Assembly: GCA_951406725.2 (NCBI GenBank)
Contig: OX597824.1
Location: 80,414,001-80,478,000 of the forward strand
Length of the DNA stretch: 64,000 nucleotides
Reading direction: 5' to 3'
Source of the DNA: Octopus vulgaris
Lineage: Eukaryota
In this document: in pieces, positions 1-12,352 of the stretch
Position numbering within the stretch: position 1 is the first letter of the stretch
Layout of the letters: every line of letters starts with the position of its first letter
The notes under the pieces: model-generated
What the model was told of the DNA's origin: nothing
Seen by the model: the letters and a program-made list of their open reading frames with translations, nothing else
The model's database searches: none
Made by a program: the position numbers and the translations under genes

Positions 1-614
1 TTCTTCTTCTTCTTCTTCTTCTTCTTCTTCTTTTTCTTCTTCTTCTTCTTCTTCTTCTTCTTCTTCTTCTACTACTTCTTCTTCTTATTCGTCTTCGTCT
101 TCTTCTTCTTCTTCTTCTTCTTAATCTTTTTCTTTTCCTTCTTCTTCTTCTTCTTCTTCTTCTTCTTCTTCTTCTTCTTCTTCGTCGTCGTCATCTTCCT
201 ATTCTCCTCCTCCTCCTCCTTCTTCTTCTTCTTCTTCTTCTCCTTCTTCTTATTCGCCTTCGTCTTCTACTATTTCTCCTTCTTCTTCTTCTTCGTCGTC
301 GTTATCTTCCTATTCTCCTCCTCCTCCTCCTCCTCCTCCTCCTCCTTCTTCTTCTTCTTCTTCTTCTTCTTCTTCTTCTTCGTCGTCGTCGTCATCTTCC
401 TATTCTCCTCCTCCTCCTTCTTCTTCTTCTTCTTCTTCTTCTTATTCGCCTTCTTCTTCTTCTTCTTCTTCTTCTTCTTCTTCTTCTTCTTCGTCGTCGT
501 CGTTATCTTCCTATTCTCCTCCTCCTCCTCCTCCTCCTTCTTCTTCTTTTTCTTCTTCTTCTTCTTCTTCTTCTTCGTCGTCGTCGTCATCTTCCTATTC
601 TCCTCCTCCTCCTT

Positions 615-645
<31 letters not shown>

Positions 646-768
646 TTCGCCTTCTTCTTCTTCTTCTTCTTCTTCTTCTTCGTCGTCGTTATCTTCCTAT
701 TCTCCTCCTCCTCCACCTCCTCCTTCTTCTTCTTTTCCTTCTTCTTCTTCTTCTTCTTCTTCTTCTTC
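1..768. repeat. Compound (TTC)n/(TCC)n/(GTC)n microsatellite with higher-order repeat
   Basis: TTC tracts interrupted by a recurring GTCGTC-ATCTTCCTATTCTCC cassette about 6 times. Explains the poly-K/E ORF 270..824. Confidence 0.95.
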
Positions 769-914
769 AGATATATCTCTCTGCTTACAATGGTATTTCC
801 GTGATTTCCCCTCCCCTCATTCAAACAGTAGGGTGTGATTTGTAAAGGATTTCTCTGCTATTTTTAGTTGGCGAATAATATGTAGCAGCTCCCTCAGTGG
901 TCGGGTGTCTAGTT

Positions 915-1252
915 ACTCTCTCTTTTACTCTTTTACTTGTTTCAGTCATTTGACTGCGGCCATGCTGTAGTACCGCCTTTAGTCGAGCAAATCGACCCCG
1001 GGACTTATTCTTTTGTAAGCCCAGTACTTATTCTATTGGTAACTTTTGCCGAACCGCTAAGTGACGGGGACGTAAACACACCAGCATCGGTTGTCAAGCA
1101 ATGCTAGGGAGACAAACACAGATACACAAACACATACACACACACACATACATATATACATATATATATACATATATACGACAGGCTTCTTTCAGTTTCC
1201 GTCTACCAAATCCACTCACAAGGCATTGGTCGGCCCGGGGCTATAGCAGAAG
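915..1252 (-). mobile_element. SINE family A, 5'-truncated
   Basis: Closely matches the copy at 29681-30081: (GTAAAAGA)n tail, internal CA/TA tract and TTTCAGTTTCCGTCTACCAAATCCACTCACAAGG block. Confidence 0.9.
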
Positions 1253-1529
1253 TCAAATGACTGAAACAAGTAAAAGAGTAAAAGAGTAAAAGAGTATGCA
1301 TATGAAGGCGAAATCTAAGCTAAAATCGAAGAGAAATTCATTGATAATCACTTACGTCTCAGTTATTATACACACGCACGCGCACACACACATACGCATG
1401 CGCACGCAGAAATATACGGTTTTGATAAATACTCGATGAAGTAGTTAATAACATGAAGCAGAGTGGAAATGTTCAGATTTGTTTCAATGGTGGCACTTAA
1501 CAAGACATACACTTGAGTATGTTTGCGCT

Positions 1530-1694
1530 CGCGCGCATGTGCGTGCGTATGTGAGTGTATGAGTGTAATGTATTTATATGTGTGTATGTGTGTGTATATA
1601 TATATAGTAATATAGTGTACATTTTTATACTTATTTCATTTGCCAAAATTACACACACAAACACATTCACACACACACACACATATACACACAT

Positions 1695-1725
<31 letters not shown>

Positions 1726-1838
1726 CACATATACATATGTATGTATATATATATATATATATATATACATAGATATGTATACATACATATATATAGATAC
1801 ATACATATATATATATATACATGCATATATATATATAC

Positions 1839-1884
<46 letters not shown>

Positions 1885-1891
1885 ATATATG

Positions 1892-1925
<34 letters not shown>

Positions 1926-2022
1926 TGCATGAATATATATATATACATATATATGTATACATACATATATATATATATATACATACATATATATATACAT
2001 ACATATATATACATATATATAC
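1530..2022. repeat. (CA)n/(TA)n compound microsatellite
   Basis: Direct inspection. Confidence 0.95.
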
Positions 2023-2679
2023 ATCTTCCAACGTTTCTTTCTTTTCTTCGTTTCTGTCATTTCAACATTCATTGAATTTTTATTTTACGTCATTCCTTTG
2101 TGAATTTGTATTCGTTTACATAATATTTATAGAATACATTTATAAATTTATTAATCTTGTTATATTTAAATTATGCCTTCTCTCTCTGTCTCTCATGTTT
2201 ACTTCCCTTCTTCTGATGTAAAAATGATAAATTATAAAGCTTTCAGTCTGTATAAATATCATTTGATATCAACTAATGTAATTTAAATGTTTGATTTATT
2301 ATTCTAAAGAGTTTGAACATCAAAAACAGTTCACTCCGTTTTATGTTTGTTTAAGCAACAACCAAACAGCGTGACATCGAACTGTATAACATAACACGCG
2401 TTGTTCACAAAGGCAATGAGAACGTCTGTGTGTATGTGTGTGCGTGTATTTGTTCATGTGTGTTTGTGTGTGCTTATATGTACTTGGTCACTTGGACTTG
2501 ACCTGCTATGGAAATAGCAATCATATATTTTCCTACATTTGCATCTTACTTGCCGTAGAATGATTGGCCAAAAGATCAAAGTTGGCTTCGAGAAAAACGA
2601 CAAAAAAAAAAATAAACTCCCGAAAATATCTAATGAACTGACAGCAGAAACAACAACAAAAAGTACAGAGACAGTAGCA

Positions 2680-3960
2680 GCAGCCGTGAAATTCTGGTGC
2701 CATGAGGTTATTTATGGTCACGTCGACTCGTCCGTTCCACCATTTCACGAGGAAAAATAACAGACTTTCAAATATGGCGTGAAGCAGTCTGACACTAAAA
2801 GAATATAAAGGTGATGAATTCGTTTGCTTCGGACATTTTACGCTCAGCCCATTTTTGATTGGAAATGACCTTAGTTCTTGTATTTCTATCCAGACCAGAA
2901 TGTATTGCGGACTAAACCCTTAGCACCTTAACCAGACTTCCCTCCCGTTACAAACTATTCCATCGTTGGCCGGAATAGAATTATCTTTAAGTCTACTGAG
3001 TTATCCTTGTTAAGAAATGCTTGTTTCCACCTCACATGTTAGCATTTTGTCGACTAGCACGATTCTCGAAGTGCGTGATATTATCTGGAGTATGTCAACT
3101 AGGTTCACTGATATGGCCATTTTGCATCTCAGTTCGAGTAAGATGTCTTCCAACACCTTGATCTATCGCAGAAGAAGCTTGTGATGTAAGAGTAATATCA
3201 TGTAACAGAAATGAATGGGCCCAAGCAATTTTCATGGACCAATCCTGTAATAAGTGTCCACAACTGAACAGATGCCGTTATAAAACACAATGATCAAATA
3301 TGAGCTGCCCAACTGTTCTGAGAGGTATCCAGTTAGTGCCATCTCCGACCATATCTCGCCGTACAGCCCAATGATCCAGCTTTTGAAGACTGAAAAAAAT
3401 ACTGCATAAACTCAGCACAGAAGTCAGGTTACCGTTATGGAAAACTTTAGCCTGTTCGACATTAATCAGCGCTCCACCAAAACTACATCTTGTCTCGACT
3501 CTCTTTACGAATAATTGAACGAGATGGAGGTTACCCCTGAGCAATGTCGTTGGAATCATAAAAGTTTATGCAGGTCAAACAAAACTATTAATGAGAAACC
3601 TGAACTCATTACAAGTGACTTGGCCAAAATATTTACCTGCTGCTTCAGCAGAGTTATGAGATTAAAGATTTATAGCAAGTCACTCTTGACCGCATCTTTT
3701 AACAGGAGCGTCACCACTGTATGAGTCACACAACGAGATATTCTTTCGTTCTGCTTCTAGTTGAGGTAGACATCTGTGAACACAGGCATGTTTTAACAAA
3801 TCTCTTAGAAAAGACCATTCAATCCCAGAGATTTGTCTCTCGACCAGCCAGTGAGGATATCCAGTATTTCAGCAGCGATTTGTTTTAAAAGAGCGTGTAT
3901 TAAGACCACACACACGCACATACTAAAAAAAAGATTATGTTCCCGCCAAACAATAGTCCA
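2680..3960 (-). mobile_element. Decayed L1/Tx1-clade LINE ORF2 (reverse transcriptase) remnant
   Basis: Minus-strand translations across stops and frameshifts give RT motifs in the expected order: EILDILTGWSRDKSLGLNGL (cf. GKSPGLDGL), VVTLLLKD..ITLL..ILAKSL (cf. RPITLLN.D.KILAKVL), GNLHLVQ..GGALINVEQAKVF (cf. DNLHL..GALI.LDQ.KAFD), then QKWAERKMS and LFFLVKWWNG. Confidence 0.85.
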
Positions 3961-4128
3961 GTGTTCACGCGAGATTCTAGCAGCAGAACCAGAACAGCTT
4001 TGACGATTTACGTTTATTTGTAACAAGCATAGGGCCTGAAATTTAAAGAGAAAAGGCAAGCAAATTCAATTAATTCTCAGTTCTTGTTATTTTTCATTCA
4101 ACACCCATGAGTGTTTCATTCAACATCC

Positions 4129-4736
4129 TTAACCCTAGAACACTAACCCTCAATTAAAATGACAAAACCACTAACCATAGGTGTATCACACCCGATTTTG
4201 AATTAGAAAAAAAAACATTTATTAATCTTTAATTGAATAAATTAAGACATAGTAACAGAAGCCTTTCTAATATAATGTAGCATTAATAACAACTCCAGAA
4301 CGTGTTTCTTTTGATCTGATTATAACTTAATGAAAATATTGACTAAAAAATGATTTTCTTTTCATCGAATTAAAAAAATATCTTATGAAGCCCAAATTCG
4401 ATGGCTTTATAGGTTTTGCTAGGCCTTCCTAGTTCTGGTCTCGAACTGCTACTGCGTCCGTGGGGACGAGAGGTGAAAACAAGGTCTTATTTTGAGTAAC
4501 CCAAAAAATATATTCCTACAAAAATAATTATTCTAAGTTATAATAAGATCAAAATAACACGTTTTGGTGTTGTTATTGATGTTACATTATACTAGAAATG
4601 CTTAAGTTACTATCTCTTAATTTAGTCAATTAAAGATTTATAAATAATGTATTTTTTCTTTTTTCAAAATTGGGTATGATGTACCCATGGTTATTAGTTT
4701 TGTCATTTTAATTGAAGGTTAGTGTTCTACCGTTAA
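4129..4736. mobile_element. piggyBac-like non-autonomous foldback element / MITE
   Basis: TTAA at 4129-4132 and 4733-4736. Left end CCCTAGAACACTAACC, right end GGTTAGTGTTCTACCG. Imperfect inverted arms of about 200 bp. Confidence 0.75.
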
Positions 4737-4876
4737 AATCTCATTGATTTCTCTCTGGGAAATTAATTTCCTGCTTAAAGCCATTTTCAATAAGCCTGTA
4801 ATCTAATAAATAAATAAATAAATAAATAAATAGTATCACCCAATCACTATTAACGCATACTGTTAATCTATATTTT

Positions 4877-5034
4877 CTTTACATTATTTACATTTGACAG
4901 ATATTTGTCCTCATCTTGTTTGTTGTTAATACAGCGTTTCGGCTGATATACCCTCCAGCCTGCATCAGGTGTCATGGGGAAATTTCGAACCTGGGTTCTC
5001 ATTCCTAAGGCATTTTTCGATGATGTTGTTGTTG

Positions 5035-5106
<72 letters not shown>

Positions 5107-5182
5107 TTCAGGTCACTGCCTGAAATCGAACTCGGAATCTTGGGGTTAGTAGCCCGCACATTTAACCACTACGCCATATGCC
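4877..5182 (-). mobile_element. tRNA-derived SINE family E with internal (AAT)n and hammerhead-like tail
   Basis: Minus strand: A box TGGCGTAGTGG, B box GAGTTCGATTTC, then (AAT)n and an about 145-nt tail. A second head lies at 5236-5310. Confidence 0.85.
4928..4973 (-). ncRNA. Minimal type I hammerhead-like motif, decayed core
   Basis: GACAC-CUGAUGC-A-GGCUG(GAGGGUAUAU)CAGCC-GAAA-CGCU-GUAUU. Perfect 5-bp stem II. Core reads CUGAUGC instead of CUGAUGA, and the cleavage region reads GCU instead of GUH. Confidence 0.6.
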
Positions 5183-5235
5183 TACAAGTTCAGGAGAGCG
5201 GGGTTTAGTTGGTTATATCGACTCTAGTGCTCGAC

Positions 5236-5325
5236 GGGCACTTACGTAGTGGTTAAGAGCGCAGGCTACCAAACCCAAGATTCCGAGTTCGCTTCCAGGC
5301 AGTGACCTGAATAATAATAATGATG

Positions 5326-5376
<51 letters not shown>

Positions 5377-5489
5377 GTAATAATGATGATGATGATGAGG
5401 AGGAGTATGATGATGATGATGATAATAATGATAATAATAATAATATTAATAATAATAATAATAATAGTAGTTGTAGTAGTAGTAGCAAT

Positions 5490-5533
<44 letters not shown>

Positions 5534-5541
5534 TAGTAATA

Positions 5542-5581
<40 letters not shown>

Positions 5582-5615
5582 TAGTAATAATAATAATAAC
5601 ACCAATAACAACAAC

Positions 5616-5699
<84 letters not shown>

Positions 5700-5700
5700 C

Positions 5701-5775
<75 letters not shown>
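5236..5775 (+). mobile_element. SINE family E head followed by an expanded (AAT)n tract
   Basis: GGGCACTTACGTAGTGGTTAAGAGCGC...GAGTTCGCTTCCAGGCAGTGACCTGA(ATA)n, head-to-head with the 4877-5182 copy. Confidence 0.8.
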
Positions 5776-5776
<1 letters not shown>

Positions 5777-5950
5777 TGCACGTGTTAATAGTATTAACGT
5801 GGAAAGGAGATATTTCTCAGATCAGAATCTACACATGAGAGACAACAGTTTCTAGATCAGATTAACAGATTCTCCATAAAGAAATTAAATTTTCAGTGAT
5901 CGAAAAATAAAATTTGTGGCGCCGCAAATTTGTAATGAATAATTGCAGCC

Positions 5951-6028
5951 CATACATACATACATACATACATACATACATACATACATACATACATACG
6001 TACGTACGTACGTACATACATACATACA

Positions 6029-6062
<34 letters not shown>

Positions 6063-6360
6063 CATACATATACATACATACATACATACATACATAAATG
6101 CATACATACATACATAAATGCATACATACATACATACATACATACATACATACATAAATACATACATACATACATACATACATAAATGCATACATACATA
6201 CATACATAAATACATACATACATACATACATACATAAATACATACATAGATACATAAATGCATACATACATACATACATACATACATAAATGCATACATA
6301 CATACATACATACATACATACATACATACATACATACATACATACACACATACATATATA
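5951..6360. repeat. (CATA)n microsatellite
   Basis: Direct inspection. Confidence 0.95.
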
Positions 6361-6446
6361 TACTTTTGTGTGTATGATAGCGGAGATGTGTTCTAGTTGT
6401 TGATGTTGCCGTTCACGTTGTCGACGACGATGACGATGATGACGGC

Positions 6447-6505
<59 letters not shown>

Positions 6506-6769
6506 TGATGATGATGATGATGCGGCTTGATGCTAATGCGCTGCTGATGTTTATAGCATGAATACGTGATCATTTGATTTGGGATTAGAGTATTCCAAAT
6601 CTAGTTTAATCTTGCCTAATCGACAACAATTTAAATATAGATGCATCGTTTTAATATAATAACTGAAATCTGAGTGGCCTACCTGTTCGCTGAAGCTTGT
6701 GTAAGTGTGTGGCTGCATGGATGGAATTATACATGTATATATACATGTATTGCATACGGATATTTGTGC

Positions 6770-6920
<151 letters not shown>

Positions 6921-7345
6921 AAGCAATGTAAATTCAACAAAGATCCTGTGTGTGAGTAAGTGAGTATACACTCACATACACGCGCACACACATACCACAC
7001 TTATATGGATATACACAGGAAAATAAATCTAAATACAAGTATATTATAGATATCCCCCTCTCTCTCTCTATATGTATATATATAGAGAGAGAGGGGGGGA
7101 GAGAGGGAGAGAGGAGGAGAGACGGAGAGAGATAAGAAGAGATGTCAGTGTAAAAAGAGTTAAATTTTAAGATCGCTGTCGGTGGCCAAATTTGAGTCCT
7201 AACCACCTAAGATAGTTTCATGGTGTCCGAGAAAGAAAACAAAATTATTTTAGAGCGAAAATAAAAATAATGAACCAATTTGAAAAAAAACAAAACAAAC
7301 GAAAATGGAAATTGTTAATGTGAAAGAAGTAGCCATCTTTGCAGA

Positions 7346-7562
7346 AATATCTGTAGTACTGCTTTTTGCTTCAAGCTACATCTCAGACATGTTCTAGGAC
7401 GCATCATCAGTGATGTTCCTGGGATCGAAGGTGATTTCGGGCCTTACCACACCAGACCTCCTCTTCTATTTGATTCTACCGGCGTTGATTAAGTTTTGGA
7501 TTGCATTCTAGCAGCAACAGCGACAGGTTATGGATCTTTCATCTTCATACATAGTAATCTAA
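7346..7562 (-). mobile_element. Probable HERO/NeSL-like LINE 3' end, copy 1
   Basis: About 217 bp, about 92% identical to 8368-8584. Minus strand has ...MKMKDP (cf. WLKRKDP) then GGCCCGAAATCACC...CCCAGGAACATCACTGATGATGCGTCC, resembling HERO 3' UTRs as I recall them. Confidence 0.5.
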
Positions 7563-8367
7563 TAGTTTTTTTTTAAAGCTGATTCGGTCACAGAACGCAT
7601 GCTAATCTCACCTATCGTCACTGCAGAAATGACTGCAAACGCAGTTAGATTTTTTAAGAGTTTTCACCGTACAAATCCCACTATTTTATTAAGAATGATA
7701 ATGTTCGATATAAAATGGCTGAAATAATACATTTAAGTGAATATATCCAAGCGGCTTAGGTAGCTGAACTAAGGTTGCAACATAATCAAAAATCTAGATT
7801 AAATTTAACATAGCGCTAGGGTGTAGAACAACGGCGAGCTATTATGTGAAGGACAATATACTATATACTGTGATAGTTCTCGGAGATTCGCGAATATGGT
7901 TATAAAATATCACAACGTGACGTTCCATATTCCTAAGCCTATTTTATTTCGTTTATATACTGAAGATATATTGCTACTTTGTTCTGTTATGTAAGCTTGG
8001 AAAGTAATATAGAAAGGTTACACTAGATCAATTTAATTCAGTCGCTGGTAAGATATACTAATATTTCAAAATTTGTTAGCTCCCATCGAAGAGCATGAAG
8101 AAGACTAATTGTTTCTGATTGTGACAAAAGGTTAACAATTCTAAAGAGAGATTAGTCAACGCTATTAATTACAGTATTAGACTAGTAATTTATATTATCG
8201 AGCCGGGAAGATGAAATGAGAAGTTGACCCCGGTGGTATTTGATCTCAGATCCCAAACAGTCGCAAGAAATTCAGCTGGACACATTAAGGTTTGTGTCTG
8301 ACACATTAAGGTTTGTGTCACCTCACTGCTTTTACATGGAAAAGATATAATAAATGAACAAATTGAC

Positions 8368-8584
8368 AATATCTATAGTACTGCTTTTAGCTTCAAGCAA
8401 CATCTCAAACATATTCTAGGACGCATCATCAGTGATGTTCCTGGGATCAAAGGAGATTTCGAGCCTTTCCACAGCAGACCTCCTCTTCTATTTGATTCAA
8501 CCGGTGTTGATAAAGTTTTGGATTGCATTCTAGCCACAACAACGACAGGTTATGGATCTTTCATCTTTATACATAGTAGTCTAA
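8368..8584 (-). mobile_element. Probable HERO/NeSL-like LINE 3' end, copy 2
   Basis: Direct repeat of 7346-7562 with 18 substitutions counted. Confidence 0.5.
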
Positions 8585-8963
8585 AAGCAATGACAGTCGA
8601 GCTTCCGGTCGGACCTGGTAAGCTATGTCATCCTTATTTTCCTTCCCATTGCTGATAATGGCTACAACACTTGGTAAACTTATCCCCTAAAATATTTTCA
8701 GCTTGAAGAGAGGTGGTATTTGAAATCAGGACACACAAGAACCGGAACAATTCCATCAATCTAAGGAACTCCAGTGCTACTATAGTTATTGACTCAGGAA
8801 GGATGAAAGACAAAGCTGATCCGATCATATTTGAACTGACAGAACAAATGCTGCAAAGTATTTAAACTGGCGCTCTACCGATCTGCCAGTTGATCGTCTT
8901 TAAGCAATAAGTAAATGGAATTAAATATGTGATATATTGTATAATAAATTATTTACTGTATAG

Positions 8964-9470
8964 CATATTACATGGGATGTAATACTGAGTTCTGTATTTC
9001 CAATATCAATGAAGCTATTTTGCTTATCTGTGAAGACGCTTGGCACAGTGGTTAAGATATTTGGTTCATGATCAAAAGGTGTTAGGTTCAATACCTGAAC
9101 AAAGCGACAGATTGTGCCATTGAGTGAGGCACTTTATTACATATTGCTCAAGTCTTCTTTACTATAATGAATTAAAGCCGTCGAGTGGTACAGCTCTCTT
9201 TCCCTTCACGAGTAACAACACGGATATTCGCTTTAGTCAAAGGTACAGGGGCCAAGAAGTTGTTTATATCAGGTCACTATTATACAGGTACTTTAAAATA
9301 AAATGCCTTGCTTACTGGCACAGCCTGTCGCTTAGTTCACGTATTGAATATAACATCTTATGATCATGAACCAAACATCTTAACCACTGTGCCAAGCGCC
9401 TTCACAAATAAGCAAAATAGCTTTATTGATAGTGGAAATACAGGACTCAATATTACATCCTATGTTATAT
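8964..9470. repeat. Local inverted duplication containing an old tRNA-SINE head
   Basis: 8964-9140 is the reverse complement of about 9295-9470, including flank outside the SINE. Confidence 0.85.
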
Positions 9471-9835
9471 ACAGAAGTATGGTATATACTACCAAAATGT
9501 ATTCGCTCGCGAGTGACGGCTGGTTGTGCAATTTATTTATCTATTTATTCTAGTCAATGCCATTATAAAATCTGTTACGCTAGTAGAAGTAGGTAATATA
9601 TTATGTATGTTGACAAATCATGAAAACATTTAGAAACAGTTAGAAAAATGACGGCCACGGGGGAACCGTAAAAGAACTTAGCGCAAAAAAAAATGTTGAG
9701 ATTGAAGGAAAGATAATACACATAACTATTCATTTGCATAAAAGTAAATACAATTATAAATGTATGAAAAATAAACCATACATGAAAATATACACAAATA
9801 TAAATGCATATATATACATACATTCATACATATAA

Positions 9836-9920
<85 letters not shown>

Positions 9921-10080
9921 CATACATACACACACATATATATAAATATACAAGGATACGTACATGCACACATATATATGCATACCCAAATAAATTCAAG
10001 ACACACACAGACACATACTCGCACACACATACACGTACATACAAACACACACATATTTGGAGAGAAAGACAACAGGTAGG

Positions 10081-10111
<31 letters not shown>

Positions 10112-10188
10112 ACAAATAAATATATACATATACGTAGAAAGATGTACGCATATATACATATAAATACATTTATTAATATGTACGTGAT

Positions 10189-10240
<52 letters not shown>

Positions 10241-10242
<2 letters not shown>

Positions 10243-10800
10243 CGCAGCGTGGCTGTGTGACATGAAGCTTGCTTCCCAACCACATGGTTCCAGGTTCAGA
10301 ACCCCTGCATGCTATTTTGGGCAAGTGCCTTCTACTATAGCCCTGGGCTTCTGAGTAGATTTGGTAATCAGAAACTGAGAGTAGTTGTACAGGAGCGGCT
10401 GCATGGCAAGTAGCTTGCCTATCAACTACATGGTTCCGGGTATATCAACCATATGGTTTCGGGTTCAGTCCCACTGCGTAGCACCTTGAGAAAGTGTCTT
10501 CTACTATAGCTGCGGACCGACCTAACCTTTGTGAGTGAATTTGATAGATGGAAACTGAAAGAAGCTCGTTATATATATATATATGTATATGTTTGTGTGT
10601 CTGTTTGTCACCCCACCATCGTTTGACAACCCAATGCTGGTGTGTTTACACCCCGTAACTTAGCGGTTCGGTAAAAGAGCACGATAAAATAATTACTAAG
10701 TTTATAAAGGATTAAATCTGGGGTCGATTTGTTCGACTAAAAGCGGTGCTCCAGCTTGACAGCAGCCAAGTAACTGATCCATGTAAATGAATAAATGAAT
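10241..10800 (+). mobile_element. Two SINE family A copies (partial 10241-10380, near full 10392-10800)
   Basis: tRNA-like head (GTGGCTGTGTG..GGTTCAGTCCCACTGCG), a CCTTGRGMAAGTGTCTT block resembling the CORE domain, and the family A body. Confidence 0.85.
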
Positions 10801-10808
10801 GTATGTGC

Positions 10809-10883
<75 letters not shown>

Positions 10884-11045
10884 TATATATATTCAAGTCT
10901 AGGTTTGGTAATGCAAAGAAAAGTAGAACTCAAAATCTAAGTAAATGTTGTTTTATTAATATTTAAGTAGAAGCAACAGTGACTCAAAGGCCGAGAGTTC
11001 CGTGCGTTGACACTTGGTAACTGTCCCTTCTGCTAAATATGAATA

Positions 11046-11338
11046 ACAACAATACGGCACAATTATTTCACCTCAATTGGCCCCGCTCTCTTTAACATTA
11101 CACCAAAACACATTAAAACAGAAACAGACCCTATAGGGTTCAAGAAGTCTTTGGACAGATTCCTTCAAGAAATCCCGGATAAAACCCCTACACCCGGATA
11201 TATCTCTGTAAACAATAACTCTCTACTTGAGTGGGCCATAGTTCCCAAATTCTGACTTGAAAGACTTCACCAAGTGGTGCCAATAAGTTAGACATGGCCT
11301 GGGCCGAAACCTATCAAAGTATCAAAGTAAAGTATCAT
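11046..11338 (+). mobile_element. CR1/L2-group LINE 3' end (ORF2 C-terminus plus 3' UTR)
   Basis: TTIRHNYFTSIGPALFNITPKHIK..FKKSLDRFLQEIPDKTPTPGY..NNSLLEWA matches the GP.LFN.LP...FK..LD.FL..IPD.P C-terminus. Ends in (TATCAAAG)n repeats. Confidence 0.8.
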
Positions 11339-11340
11339 TA

Positions 11341-11416
<76 letters not shown>

Positions 11417-11782
11417 CATCATGAATGTATCTATGTATATATATATATATATATATGTGTGCACGTGTGTATGTACATATATATATATATATATTCATAC
11501 ATACATATAAACATATACATACATCCACATGCACACGCACACACACGTAACATAGTTATATATATATATATATATTCATCCATAGATAAATATATATATA
11601 TACATACATACATATATACATACATATATACATACATGCATCCTCTCACAGGTGCACTCGCGCACAGGCGCTCGCACACACACACACACACATACACACA
11701 GAGACTCCTACAAAAAGTATATGCAAATAATTTCACCTACACATACGCGCGCACATATATATATATATCAACACAAATATGA

Positions 11783-11825
<43 letters not shown>

Positions 11826-12046
11826 GATAACAACTCGTCCCTATTGTTGCTCAGCAGCCCCTATTGTCGTCACGTATCAACGCTTCTATCCCCTAACAAC
11901 ACCCCACTTAGCGTTATCAACACGATGCTATTTATTACATTTACACAGTTGGGTGTCATTTTATTCACACAGCTTTACCTTTGAAGAGTTACAGGTAGGT
12001 TCCTATTGCAAGACTTTTACTCATGTCTGGCACGACAAAAGAGATG

Positions 12047-12305
12047 GGACGTGGCTAGGTGGTTAGGGTGCTGGAGTCATGAGCTTAAGACTATGATTTC
12101 GATTCCTGCAGCAGGCGATGCGTTGTGATTTTAAGCAAAACGCTTCATTTTATGTTGCTCCAGTCCACTCAGCAGGCAAAAATGAGTTACCCTGCGAGCG
12201 GACTGGCGCCCCGTCCAGTGGAGAAAGTATATATACGCCACGGAAACCTGGGATAACCGGTCTTATGAGTCTATATGGCATCAGGAGGGTTTTCATTTTA
12301 TTTTT
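12047..12305 (+). mobile_element. SINE family C, degenerate
   Basis: Aligns with 58670-58930: head, TTGCTCCAGTCCACTCAGC and GGACTGGCGYCCCGTCCAG. Confidence 0.8.
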
Positions 12306-12352
12306 CTGACACTACCAAATAAATAAAACACACTATATATGTACATATATAG

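Noticed and set aside
1497-2221. YI/HT/CV-repeat ORFs here and throughout the track
   Set aside because: Dinucleotide and tetranucleotide repeat artefacts.
8391-8617. Apparent coding exon (TTTTAG acceptor, open frame FKQHLKHILG...ELPVGP, GTAAG donor)
   Set aside because: The 18 differences from the 7346 copy fall 6/7/5 across codon positions, showing no coding constraint. The minus strand fits a LINE 3' end better.
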